This document shows positions 38,191 to 50,885 of a stretch of DNA of 64,000 bases, piece by piece. This DNA comes from Octopus sinensis. Taxonomy: Eukaryota. The position numbers and the translations under genes were made by a program. The DNA lies in the NCBI RefSeq assembly GCF_006345805.1, contig NC_043019.1:18413360-18477359 (forward strand). Direction: 5' to 3'. How positions within the stretch are numbered: position 1 is the stretch's first letter; the number at the start of each line of letters is the position of its first letter. The notes beneath the pieces are model-generated. The model did no database searches. It was given only the letters and a program-made list of their open reading frames with translations, and was not told where the DNA came from.

Positions 38191-39214
38191 GTTCCTGAAT
38201 GAAGAGGTGTGACTGTAAAATATTTTAACCAGCCTTTATGTCATTTTGATGTCACATCTTGGCACAAGGCCAAATATTGTCTTTCATATTCCATTCAGTT
38301 TCTCTTTCAGGTACAAGGCCAGCAATTTTGGGGAAGGGGTTAAGCCAATTACATTGACTCCAGTATGCAACTGGTACTTATTTTATCGATCCTGAAAGGA
38401 TGAAACGCAAAGTCAATCCTGGCAGCTAAATATTTTGCTCAGCAATGATTCAGTGTGCTCATCACCTTAAGCATTTATGTTATATTAACACAGCACTTAA
38501 TGGTGGTCGCAAGATCTAATGATTTAACCCACAGCTCATATCTGATGGCCTCTCTACTGCAAGATCCATTCACTGCACATGTGACATTGTCATGGGCTAA
38601 TATGATATGATCTGATTTATGCTAGTGGCTGAGCTGATACTAACATAAAGGCTGTGCTGACAGAACAATTTCCTATAGCTATGGCTAGTGGGGAAGGTTT
38701 TTGCCTGTTAGATTAGTGAGAAGTGAGGTGCAAACCAAGTAACCTCTTTTCTTTTATGGAAGGCTGGGATGGGAGTATAGCTAACTGTATCCTTCAACCT
38801 GTTTTCTTCTAGGGTGCTTGTTATAGTAAGAGGCAACAATATTAAATATCTCTTGACTGGAGATGACTTGAAATCCTCCTGACAATATTTATTTAGTTTT
38901 TGAATTCCAAAGTGAAACAGCATGAAGTCAGATTTATGTATACAAAGCATTTCATTTGAGTTTTTAAAGAGTTTCTGCAAGATAGTATTTAAATCTAGTG
39001 TCACTCCAGGAAATTAGCTCTGAACGGTTGGATTATGTCCTTCCTTTGCGGTGTAATGTATGCCTATTTGCATTTTTAGAGATAACTAACACACCATCTC
39101 TGTACAGGCCAAAATCTATAGAGAATTTTTTTTTTTATTTATATCTAGCATAGATATAACTTCATGGAAAAAATAATATCAGTCATTGATTAATAAAATT
39201 TTCTTTCACTTCAT

Positions 39215-42200
39215 ATGTGGCTGTACTTCTACCGGGTATCTACACTGGGGTACACGGTGGCCATGGTATTGGCACCAGAAATGATGAGGGAACTAGACTA
39301 CTGGAATTCTATGATGCATGTAACCTTTTAATCTGCAATACTAACTTCAGGAAGCCTGACTGCCACCTTATAACCTATCAGTCAGGAGACTCCGCTAGCC
39401 AAATAGACTTCATCCTCACCAGACAGCAGGATGCAGGGTTGCTCTTAAATACAAAGACCCTCCCGGGTGAAGAATGTACCCCTCAGCATAGGCTAATCAT
39501 TAGTGACTTTAGGCTTGAGGCCAGAAGGATTCCAAGAAACAGACCAATCCAGAAAAGATTTGGAAGCTAAAGAACCCTTCACATGGTCAGAGATTTAGGG
39601 ACATCCTCATCAAGAAATTTGATGAGAGGGAGGAGGAGCTACAGACATCGGACATAGAAGGTAGCTGGAAATTCCTACGGGACAGCTTGCTGAGTGCCAC
39701 AGACCAAGTCTGTGGATGGTGTAAAGTCCCTTCCAGACCTAGAGTTACATGGTGGTGAAATAGTGCAGTAGACAAAGCCATTAGTGCAAAGAGACAGGCC
39801 TGAAAAGCCTGGAGGGATGGGGGTAGCAGGGAACCGTACCAAGTAGCCAAAAGGGAGACCGGGCGGCATGTATACATAGCCAAAGATATAGCAGAAAAGA
39901 AGAAGTTTGCCAATGTCCAGCGACGTGAGGACCAAAGAACTGAGGTATTTCGGATTGCTAGACAGTGTGTGAGAGAAAATAGTGATGTTACAGGAGAGAA
40001 ATGTGTCCGCATGGATGATGGGGCACTTGCTTTTAGTGATGGTGAAAAGAAAGAGGCTTGGAGAAGCCATTATGAAAGACTGCTGAATGTGGAGAATGAA
40101 TGGGAGGAGGAGAGCCTGCCAAATGTTGACCCAGTAGAGGGACCAGCTATCTGAATAGACAGCTCCCTTGTAGTTAAGGCAATTAAGGGTATGAAACCAG
40201 GTAAAGCCCCCAGCCCATCAGGAATCACTGCTGAGATGCTTAAAACAGCTGGTTGTGTGGGCTATGGCCTAGTCACCCGCATTGTAAACCAGGTAGTTCA
40301 TAATGGAGTCATACCCAATGACTGGCGTAGCAGCACCATAGTCAACTGCTACAAAGGTAAGGGTAATGCTCTAGATAGAAATAACTACAGGGGTATTAAA
40401 CTGTTGGATCAGGTGATGAAGGTCTCAGAGAGGGTCATAACCCATCTCATTAGGGAGAGAATTTGCTTAGATGAGATGCAGTTCGGTTTTGTGCCGAGTA
40501 GAAGCACCACTGATGTTCCTGGTCCAACAACTGCAGGAGAAGTACCTAGCTAAAGATAAACCCCTCTACATAGCTTTTGTGGACTTGGAGAAAGCCTTTG
40601 ACAGGGTCCCCCGATCCCTTATCTGGTCGTCAATGCGGAAACTGGAGATTGACGAATGGCTAATAAGGCTGTACAGGCCCTATACAGAGAGGCTGTCAGC
40701 AAGGTTACAATTGGCAACGAATATAGTGAAGAATTCCGGGTAGAAGTAGGTGTACACCAAGGCTCAGCCCTCAGTCCCCTTTTATTCATCATAGTCCTCC
40801 AGGCAATAACAGAGGAATTCAAAACAGGTTGCCCCTGGGAGCACCTCTATGCTGGTGACCTGGCTCTCATAGCAGAATCATTACCGGAACTAGAAAAGAA
40901 ATTTTGTGTGTGGAAGCAAGGGTTAGAATCAAAGGGCCTTAGAGTAAATGTAGCAAAGACCAAAGTTATAGTAAGCAGAAAGGCGAACTCAGCACACACC
41001 CCCTCGGGCAGGTGGCCCTGCTCGATCTGTAGGAAAGGTGTAGGTAGAAACTCCATAAGATGTACCCAGTGTAAGCTATGGACGCATAAGAGGTGCAGCA
41101 ACATCAAAGGGAAATTAACTGATAAGATAGCTTTCATGTGCGGCAGATGCACAGGGACAATAGACACCACAGATACTCAGAAAACAGATTCCATCACACT
41201 CCAGGGGGAGAAACTAGAAGTAGTTGATAGTTTCCGCTACCTGGGTGACCAAATTAGTAGTGGAGGTGGATGCTCAGAGAGTGTCACCACTAGAATACGA
41301 ATAGCCTGGGCAAAGTTTAGAAAGCTCCTACCCCTACTGGCGACAAAGGGTCTCTCGCTCAGAGTGAAAGGTAGATTGTATGATGCATGTGTGCGAACTG
41401 CCATGCTTTACGGTAGTGAAACATGGGCGGTGACTGCAGAGGACATGCGTAGACTTGAAAGAAATGAAGCTAGCATGATCCGCTGGATGTGTAATGTCAG
41501 TGTGCGCGCACGACAGAGGGTAAGCACCCTGAGAGAAATGCTGGACATAAGAAGCATCAGATGTGGTGTGCAAGAGCGACGCTTGCGATGGTATGGTCAT
41601 GTACTGCGGATAGATGAGGAGAGATGTGTGAAGAAGTGCCGCTCCCAAACAGTTGAAGGTATCAGGGGGAGAGGTAGACCCAGGAAGACATGGGATGAGG
41701 TTGTCAAGCATGACCTCAGAGCGTTGGGCCTCACAGAGGCAATGACGAAGGACCGAGATCTCTGGAGATATGCTGTGACTGCAAAGACCCGGGCTGCTTC
41801 CTGCACCAGTCCCGCATAGCCCCCACCCATTCAAAGTACCTTGGATTCCAGAACATCCCGCTATGCTTGAGGAGACCTATTGAGTCAAGTACATGAACAT
41901 CGAAATAAATATCAATGGAAATAGTAGTTGTGATACCTGTGCTGGTGGCACATAAAAAGCACCATCCGAACGTGGCCGATGCCAGCGCCGCCTCGACTGG
42001 CTTCTGTGCCGGTGGCACATTAAAAGCATCATCCGAACGTGGCCGGTGCCAGACTCCCCTGGCACCTGTGCCGGTGGCACGTAAAAAGCACCCACTACAC
42101 TCGCGGAGTGGTTGGCGTTAGGAAGGGCATCCAGCTGTAGAAACATTGCCAGATCAGACTGGAGCCTGATGCAGCTCCTGGCTTCCCAGACCCCGGTCGA

Positions 42201-42249
42201 ACCGTCCAACACGTGCTAGCGCGGAAAACGGACGTTAAACGATGATGAT
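39215..42249 (+). mobile_element. RTE-clade LINE copy D (divergent subfamily, degraded)
   Basis: Same domain order as copy B with stops and frameshifts; YADD reads YAGD; (GAT) tail. Confidence 0.92.
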
Positions 42250-42911
42250 TAAAAGATGCTTTTCTCTTATTATCCTAAATAATACAACAGTTTAGAATGA
42301 TATCTGACATATATCGACAGAATATCAATGTTATAATGAGGTACAAAAATATTCCCCATGCTAACCATTACATGTATACCGGCTTTTTAATAATAAAATA
42401 ATAATAATAAAATTTTTAATAATAAAATCAGCTTACAAGTGGACTGAAAGAAAATGCTTACAAAACCCGGTGAGGTTTCGTAATTCACCACACAGTCCGG
42501 TCGTTGTTGTGGTGGGTTGGGTGCTTCAGTGACTCTGAGAGCTATGCCAGTGGAGCATAAACTGTTGGTAGGGCCTTCCCCATGCTGGATAGCTCAGAAG
42601 AATGAACGACGAAGTCAATGAGCTCCATGACATCTGGACTGAGAACTTAAATAATAAAATGAGTAAAGAAGTAATTACAACATGACAGTTGTTTTCGTCA
42701 TTCTAGTTTCTTCACAACGTAACCAATGTTAATAATTTTCAACTGAAATTTGTTAGCATACAAGTTTCGGAAGTTTTACACAGGGGACTGAATTACCTGC
42801 AACACCGTTACCAACCATGTGTTGCCGCATCAATTCAGTTACGAAACCATTCGACAGATTTGAAAGAAGATGAATTTTCATCTTGTCTTTTATATTTCTA
42901 TGTTCACTCAC

Positions 42912-43067
42912 CTTGGCATTTTTGTTTTCTCGTTTGCATTCTTCGTCTGTGCTTGAGCAGAAAGACGACGACGGACAACCAGCGCAATAGATGCCGATCG
43001 CGACGGCCGTCACCAGGCACAGCAACAACGTGGCCAGAAAGCGCGCCGTGGGGCGAGGGAAAGGCAT
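42912..43067 (-). CDS. Candidate first coding exon of the GPX4-like gene with signal-peptide-like N-terminus: MPFPRPTARFLATLLLCLVTAVAIGIYCAGCPSSSFCSSTDEECKRENKNAK
   Basis: ATG with an in-frame stop 4 codons upstream, a hydrophobic core, and a strong phase-0 donor AAG|GTGAGT compatible with the phase-0 acceptor at 5214. GC box and CCAAT boxes lie just upstream. The link to GPx is inferred. Confidence 0.6.
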
Positions 43068-43169
43068 TCCACACCTTTATACTTCCTTCATCGGTACAAT
43101 TCGCTTCTTAATATGGCACTTGGCTTTTCGTGTGCAACAATAAATATCGTGAGTGTGTGTAACGGGTGG

Positions 43170-43345
43170 ATTAATGGGCGGCAATCGCGATGTTTTATTA
43201 TTTCAACGAGTAAACCAATAAAGCAGCGTCTGTGTGAGTGTGAGTGTGTGTGAGTGTGTGTGAGTGTGAGTGTGTGTGAGTGTGTGTGAGTGTGAGTGTG
43301 TGTGAGTGTGTGTGAGTGTGAGTGTGTATGTAAACCAATAAAGCA
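43170..43345 (-). promoter_or_regulatory. Putative proximal promoter of the 43067 exon: GC box plus two CCAAT boxes separated by a (GTGA/GT)n tract
   Basis: GGGCGG at 43176-43181. CCAAT at 43215-43219 and 43335-43339, each within the duplicated block gtaaaccaataaagcagcgtctgtgtgagtg. Confidence 0.4.
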
Positions 43346-44636
43346 GCGTCTGTGTGAGTGTATGTGTGTGCTTACAAGGTTAAAGGTCGCTTCGTTGTTT
43401 ATGTAACTTTATATCTTGCATCATTTTGTTTATTCCATATTGTGTGAAGATGTCTCACTTACTGACGACGTGGTTGAAAACTGAAATGATCATAGCCCAA
43501 GAATTAAAGGAAACTGCAAGATGCCAGGGGATTCTTGGTTTCTGATGACAGATTGAATGTGGGAAAATGTCCATAATCAATCAGCTTTGAATTTTCAAAA
43601 ATAAAAAATAAAAATTAGAAACGTAATTCTAAATGTTGAGTGTCCCTCATCCCAAATAAATTTAGAAAATAGTTAAAAACAAAAAATCGAGGAGTTAGGG
43701 ATTGGGGGTGAAATTAGACTTGTATTCGATTACTGAAAACGTAAGAAGCCAAAGAAATTTTGGCCAAAAATTTAAAGTGAAATGTGTATTTGCTGTGTCT
43801 GCTTGGCATCACTGAAGACTGTCAGTTTGTATTAATTCCACTTTCAGTTTGTGATCACATCTCGAAAGATGCCAATTCAGGAAAATAAAACAGACAAAAG
43901 GGAACATGTATTAATTGATGTTTAAGATGTTTAAACAAATGAGGAGGTATATCGTTGAAAGAAAACCAAGGAGATAACTTTTGATCCTGTCACTAATCTC
44001 CTCTAATTTCGGATTTTTACCCTAACTTGGTACACATTTATTTGGAATTCTAATCAAATGACAGATCAATAAATTCTAATGTGGTCCTACAGTCCATGGT
44101 CAAACTAAGAAATCATTATCATCATCATCATCATCGACATCATCGTTTAACGTCCGTTTTCCATGCTGGCATGAACTGGACAGCTTGACAAGAGCTGGGT
44201 CACCCAGGCAGCTGTCCAGACTCCAATTGTCTGTTGTGGGATCATGGTTTCTATGTTTGGAGATGTCAAAGTAACATCAGAAAATAACCTGAAAATTAAA
44301 GGCGATACAAGGTGACAATATTATTCTTATATATAGAAAAACTTTTTCATGCAGCTTTGCTGCAATTTTCCTGATCTTAGGATAACAATGTCAGGTGTGT
44401 GTAAGAGGCCAGCAGTGGCCAGTTTAAGCATAAATCAAGTTGAATATTTGAGCCGGATATGACTAGTTTAAATGATAAAGGTTTAATCATTACCATCCAG
44501 CATGTAAAAATATTTTACAGGGATGTAGATATAAATACAGATAAGCAAAAACAGGGCTGGGTGTGTATTTATAAGAGAAGATCTGGTTATAAATATAAGG
44601 AATGACGTAATAGGCATATGCATGCATTACACACAT

Positions 44637-44678
<42 letters not shown>

Positions 44679-44707
44679 GCACACATTCATACACACACAC
44701 CCATACA

Positions 44708-44850
44708 CGACTTTGCCTTTCATCCTTTCGGGGTCGATTAAATAAGTACCAGTTATGCACTGGGGTTGATATAATCGACTTAACCCGTTTGTCTGTCCTT
44801 GTTTGTCCCCTCTGTGTTTAGCCCCTTGTGGGTAGTAAAGAAATAAAAAA
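44708..44850 (+). mobile_element. SINE (Meta/MESC-like central domain) with a Tx1-like 3' tail; other copies near 3960-4080, 37070-37220, 38330-38440, 46520-46690, 50110-50230
   Basis: GCCTTTCATCCTTTCGGGGTCGATTAAATAAGTACCAG core; tail TTGTCCCCTCTGTGTTTAGCCCCTTGTGGGTAGTAAAG. Confidence 0.75.
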
Positions 44851-45481
44851 AAATATATATACAACATATGTAATTGACCCAGAAACTTTCACCATAGGTA
44901 AACTGCATAATGGGAAGGTACCTGGAAGGGAGCTAATAGCTGCATAGTGGTATAAGGAGCTGGCATTTTACAGGAAACCGCTAATAAGCATATTGAAAAG
45001 TACTGAGGAAGGTCAGATTGACATACGAAAATGGCTTTCGTTGTGAAGAGTGAAACCACTGAGTTGCCTGAAAACTCTCGGCTAATTGCTTGTCAAAGAA
45101 CATTATGTACAAACTGTATACAAGCTGCCTCAACCAATTCTTCCAGGATCATTATCGGTCCAACAATATAGGGACTGGTGAGCAGGCCGGTGGAAAGAAT
45201 GGAGTGTGGGGACGTACCGAACAACCTCCAAGTAAATGAAGCTGTACTGTCTGAGGTAAAGAAGACATCGTAGGAGCCTTAGAACAATACGGTTTGATTA
45301 TAGGAAGGCATTTGCATCTATTCCCCACTCATGGCTGCCGAGGTTCTCCAATGGGCTTCTTTCAGTTTCCATCTACCAGATCCACTCACAAGGCTTTGGT
45401 CTGCTCAAGGTTACACGCAGTGGGACTGCCAAGGTGACACGTAGTGGGACTGAACCCAGAACCATGTGGTTGGGAAGCAAC

Positions 45482-46037
45482 CGTGACAGATTGGAGGAAT
45501 TTTTGCCGCGATATATGTGCAGAATATTATGTTGCACAGAACATTAAGCTGGGAGGACCCAACCGAATCGTAGAAATAGACGAAAGCGCGTTTGTTAGAA
45601 GAAAATATAATGTTGGCCATCGGGTTAAAACGCAGTGGGTGTTTGGTGCTTTAGAAAGAGATACCAGAAGATGTATTTTAGTGGCAGTGGAAGATCGGAC
45701 AGCGGACACTCTTTTACAAATTATACGAGAGCGTATATTGCCTGGTACAACCATAATTTCCGACCTTTGGCGTTCGTATAATACGCTTAGTCAGCTAGGA
45801 TACAGACATTTGACCGTGAATCATTCAATAAATTTTGTTGATCCGGTAACATTTGCCACAACCAACCACATAGAATGTTTATGGAAACACGTAAAGAATC
45901 GAAATAGAAGAGAATGTGGAACAGCCAGAAATTTACTTCAGACCCATCTCATCGAATTCATGTGGCGCTATGAATTTAAGGACGATATATTCGGAAAGTT
46001 GATGGAGCAAATTCGACAGCTATATCCATGTGTTTAA
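45482..46037 (+). mobile_element. Merlin/IS1595 (ISXO2-like) DDE transposase, 5' part replaced by a SINE
   Basis: IVEIDES...RKYNVG...QWVFG, GTTIISDLWRSY, HLTVNHS..FVDP, TNHIECLW, HLIEFMWR; about 185 uninterrupted codons. Confidence 0.88.
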
Positions 46038-46140
46038 GATATAGAGAGTATAAGTATCAAGACAGAATAAGTATCACATTTATTTTTAAACTTAACTTCA
46101 AGTTTATATTTTGATAATCTCTCCGTTGAAAATAATATTT

Positions 46141-46258
46141 TTACATTCTAAATAATTTGCGTTTATTAATTTGATATATTTACACGCGTTTTTGATTTTT
46201 ACATTCTAAATAATTTGCGTTTATTAATTTGGTATATTTACACGCGTTTTTGATTTTG
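46141..46258. repeat. 60-bp tandem duplication in the 3' region of the Merlin element
   Basis: ttacattctaaataatttgcgtttattaattt(g/t)... occurs twice in tandem. Confidence 0.85.
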
Positions 46259-48615
46259 CGTTTTTTAATTTGATAAATTATACGGAAAGAAACGAAGATG
46301 GACGAGAAAAAGTGTGACGTCAAAATGACGTCAGATTTTTCTTCTTTCCCTTCTGACATCCAAAGGCATGACAGTGCGGGTTTCGATAATTTTCGTCACT
46401 CTAAAATACATGTAATTTGCATTAAATCTTATTTTTCTGAAAAAATCCACGTTTTAAAACATTTTAACTGCTCACCCCCTTCCTTAATAATATTTCTTTC
46501 CCCAGTAAGTACAAGGCCTGAAGCTGATGGGAAGAACTAATCGATTGTATTCAACTGGTACTTATTCTATAAGCGCCGCCCGAAAGAAGGAAAGCTCAGC
46601 AATATTCGAACACGGAACGTAAAGATTCGTAAGAAATGACACTAGGCATTTTATCCGATGCACTACCGATTCTGCCAGCTTTACATTATATTTTTCGTCG
46701 AAGTTTAACTATGTCACCTTGATATATTTTTACGCGTGGACAAATAATAGAGAGATAATGTGGATCAGATGATATTACATGCTGACAAGGGCTTGGTAAA
46801 GGACTGTTAGAATGTTTAGGGATACGGTCCTATACGTTAGGGTTTCAACCCTCACCGGAATTCAAAACAAGCTGTCTGTTCTTCCACGGTCGAGAAAATA
46901 CATCGATCAAGTATTGGAGATCGATATAAATGATTATACCCTCCACTCACCCCAAAATATATGCTTTGTGTCTATAATCAATATTACAAATATATTGTTA
47001 TTGCTATTTAACTCAGGTCATCCTGATAAACCCGGTTGAGGATCAAAGGGTTCCAACTATGACCAACCCGTATTTTTGCGCCCCCCCCTTTTTTTCAGAT
47101 ATAGCATCTATGATTATATTAGCCAATGTACCCTTCCTTTAACCCAGTAGTATATGGTTTTAAAGGGATTTGGATGTTATTCCTAGCACATCGACGAGCG
47201 AAAACGCAGAGGGGGCCCTGATTATGTGCGAGTATGCGTATGGTTGGGTACGTGTGTGTATGTGGGTGCATACAAGCCAAATAACCGGTTCAAGGCGTGT
47301 GTCAAACTGAAGAATCAAAGCGTGTGCACAAGTTTATAGTAAATATATACATTGTATAGAGAAAACAACCGAAGCCTATATAAAAACACTGAATATGTGT
47401 TTATTATTCATCCAAAGTAAACAGTACGTGTGTGCTGTTTACGTCACAGTAACAATGTTTTCTTTTGACACATTCTACCAGTATACGAAGTTTCAAATTA
47501 TTTAGTTAACTAGAAAAATCTGAAAAATCTGGCTTTCAAAAAGAAAAGATCCAAAAAGAGAACCTGAAACAACGTAAGTTGAGGTATGCCCGTGTTTGTC
47601 TCAAAATAAGTATCTTTATATATCCAGGTGTGCGTGCGCGTATGTTAGCGTGAATTTGTGAGTGTGAGCGCAACTTCTCATCACTGAACGTATAATATAC
47701 TCGTGGTCGCAATTCGTTCTGGGTTGACTTCAAACAGAAGTATGGACGGAAGCCGCAAACTCATAAAATTAAATGTTTTAAATGGAATGAAAATACGAAC
47801 TGTTTAAATTTAGATCTAGTTTTATTCGTCTATCTACTCTGTATATTTTCTATATCAACAGTTTATATATTATTAGTGATGTTTGATAGGAAGGAATGCT
47901 GCTTTAACGCTCACATACCAGCATTTTATTTATATTTTATGGCAGAGGGGGAGAGAGGGAAAAAATGGATCTAAATTTGAAGTGTTTGTTTTTTTTACTT
48001 TATAACATTCAGTTTTATAGGTTTGTGGGTTTTCATCGATGCTTCAGTTGATATATTGCTACGAACTGCGAATATCAGTCGTACACCCACATACACACAT
48101 GTATACACCCGGAGAGAGAATGAAAAGAGTGGGGGAGAGTGAAAGAAAGAGATACATAATTAGACTGAGGTAGAGAGGGAACAATAGAGAGTAAAAAAGA
48201 GGGAGCGAGAGAGAGAGAAAAAGAGTGGAGGAGGAGAGAGAAAGAAGGAGAGACTTAGAGGGAGGAAGAAAGAGAAGGAAGGCTAGAAAGAGACGACTAA
48301 TATCAGAGAAGGCTTGATGTTGTAAACATAAACAACGTGGACAATTACGTTTAAAGGCAACCCTTTATCCGAACACGGCATGCTTGGATTAATGAAAGTT
48401 CAGGAAGTTTCTCTTTGAAACTTTCGTTGAACGGTAGCTTGTTTGGCCAGCCATTCACATAGACCACTTTCTCTGTCAAAACGACATTAATAATGAGAGA
48501 TCTTTTTCTTTTAATCTTTACTGGAAGCAGCCTCAAGTGTTGACAGCATGCGAGGGTAATATTTCAGCAGTGTAGATATATATTTATAAGTGTAGGGCAT
48601 AGCTGGCAAGAATGT

Positions 48616-48675
48616 ATGCTGCCTTTCGGTTCTGCTTTTTACTTTACTGAGTCCAGTTACAAGGCGGGAAATAAG
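48616..48675 (+). CDS. Candidate first TICRR exon (MLPFGSAFYFTESSYKAGNK)
   Basis: ATG plus 20 open codons to a phase-0 donor AAG|GTGACT. Could equally be 5' UTR or promoter. Confidence 0.25.
48664..48671 (+). promoter_or_regulatory. E2F-type site GCGGGAAA near the TICRR 5' end
   Basis: Exact reverse complement of TTTCCCGC; ATTGG boxes at about 48768 and 48794. Fits a DNA replication gene. Confidence 0.4.
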
Positions 48676-48812
48676 GTGACTGGTTTAGCTTGAGAAAAGA
48701 TAAGAAGTTGAACAAACCCAAGGAGGAAATTGCTACTAGATATCGTAAAAAGGAGAAAAATTGAGCGATTGGGAAGCAGTTGGCTCTTGTTTACATTGGT
48801 TGTTGCTTGCAG

Positions 48813-48857
48813 AAAGAAAAGCAATTTGACAATTTACTGAAACCTCTGCTCTTCAAG
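48813..48857 (+). CDS. Candidate upstream TICRR exon (KEKQFDNLLKPLLFK)
   Basis: ttgcttgcag|45 nt|GTAATG; phase 0 and open in the TICRR frame. Confidence 0.4.
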
Positions 48858-48997
48858 GTAATGCTTTTCATCTAATTTTCACACTAATAGTTAAGAGCTA
48901 TTTCACTATTAATATTTCTTAGTCTTTTTATTAATCATATACATGGAAATCCATATCTGCATCATCATTTCGTATTCTTTCTTATCTGTTTTCACAG

Positions 48998-49744
48998 ATT
49001 CAACCTCACGTTACTTCAGATCACGACACCTCAAGCTCTGCTAGGGATATCAGTTCAAATTTAAACAGTCGTTTAAGTGGTGCTGTTAATCATTTAGTTG
49101 GTAATAGTAACCAGTGTAACGATCCGAATGACTGTTCGGCCGAAAACTTAAAGGAACTGAGTCAACAGATCGTGTATTTGAAACGAAAACAGGCATCGCT
49201 CCAGTGGGGCTATAAATTTTTTGATTCTGGAAAATTTACCGGTAAGACTGAACATCACAAATTCGACGATTTCAAACTTAGACATTTCGAAGAATTCGAA
49301 AAAGAATTACAAAGAGAGTTCGAAGGTGATGGTTCCAGCGTGCCGAAGGTCAACAGTGGAGATTCTTCCGAAAGGAGGAAGTCAAACACTCCATCAGCAG
49401 CTGAATGTTTGAAAAGGACTTTATCCTACGCTGTCTACGACTTCCATTGGGAAAGTCCAGACATCACATCTCCTGCCAGGAAGATCGGAAGGAGTAGTAT
49501 TCGGTCTTCCAGAAAACACAGTGCCGTTGTTTCAAGTGAGATTTCTCCACACAACCTAGTCTTTCTTTTCCAGAAATGTCCGACATCTAAAATGGAATTC
49601 AAAGGCTTCGCTGCTAAACTTGTTGTTGATTCAGAAGTGTTTTGGGACTCGTTCATGCCTCCGGCTCTGTTTAGAGAATTTCGAGTAAATCGGAACCTAT
49701 CACTTTATTGGGTTGACCAAGATTGGTTAAAGCATGAGGAAAAG
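48998..49744 (+). CDS. TICRR: Treslin/TICRR N-terminal domain exon (249 codons)
   Basis: Frame is open from acceptor ttttcacag|48998. Motifs QWGYKFFDS, YDFHWESPDITSP, NLVFLFQKCP and FMPPALFREF...LSLYWVD correspond in order to recalled vertebrate Treslin motifs (WAFKFFDS, DYQWDRPEITSP, NAVFLLAPCP, LLPK...ITFYWVD). Ends AAG|GCAAGA. Confidence 0.78.
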
Positions 49745-50849
49745 GCAAGAAATTATTATTATTAATATTATTGTTGTTGTTGTTTGTTATTGTTTTTCCA
49801 TTTTCCTCCAAGTTGCCCCTGATCATACAGACCTATAATTAAAGCTAATTTTAATAAAAGATATTTTTCTGATTAACCCTCAATCACACTCGATTGGGCA
49901 AGGCCTTTAAAGGTCCCCAACTGTACTTAGCCTCCGCTTATTTTTCAGGATTAGTATTTTCTAAGGCAGTGTGCATTATACCTGACAACATTACAAGATG
50001 GTCAGATCTGATTTCTAGTAGATTTGTTTACTATTCTTATCAGGTCAGGTGAAAACGAAGAGCTAACTTCTTTAGCCCCTAAATGCTTTCTTCTGGTTCT
50101 ATACAATCTCAGTTCAAATTCGACTGTAGTCAATTTTACCCTTCAGCCCTCTTCTCTGGAGTTCATAAAATTAAGTACAAGTTAAGTACTGGGGTCGATG
50201 GTATCTTCTAACCTTTCCCCACCTAAAATTGCGGGCCTTGTGTTGACTGGATTAAAATCTCTCTTAAAATGCTCAACTATTGTTTTTCATAAACCATTTA
50301 TCTTCTTAAGTTTTGTGTCAATTATGATGTATAGGGATAAATATATTGATTCTTAAACAAGAGACTTCTTTCTACCACCTTACCTTCACACACACACACA
50401 CCTTTAAAAATAAGTCTATTACTTCAAATGTTAATGGTTTCTGTTAAGGCTCAGCAATTTTTAAACGAGTTCTTGACTAGAATTTGGTTTGTCAACTGTT
50501 AAAATAACTTTCAGTTCTTTAGACGTTCACATGATTAACAAGGCTAACGTGGGGTGGCTAGAAATAGCAGTCAAATTACTCTCAGATCATACAAGATCAT
50601 GCAATTGTTCAGTCTAGGAGCCCAATAACAAATCAACTTAGTTGTTTATGAAAGAAATCGATATTTAGAGAGTGAAAACGTGTTTTTCTCTCTTTTTTGC
50701 TGGAGCACCGACTTTAGTCAAGCAAATCGACCCCAGGACTTATTCTTTGTAAGCCTAGTACTTATTCTATTGGTCTCTTTTTCCGTAAACACAGCATCGG
50801 TTGCCAAGCGATGTTGGGGGGGGGGGACAAACATATACATACACACACT

Positions 50850-50885
<36 letters not shown>

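Noticed and set aside
48351-48536. 61-aa minus-strand ORF divergent from TICRR
   Set aside because: No ATG start, no recognisable homology and no convincing donor.
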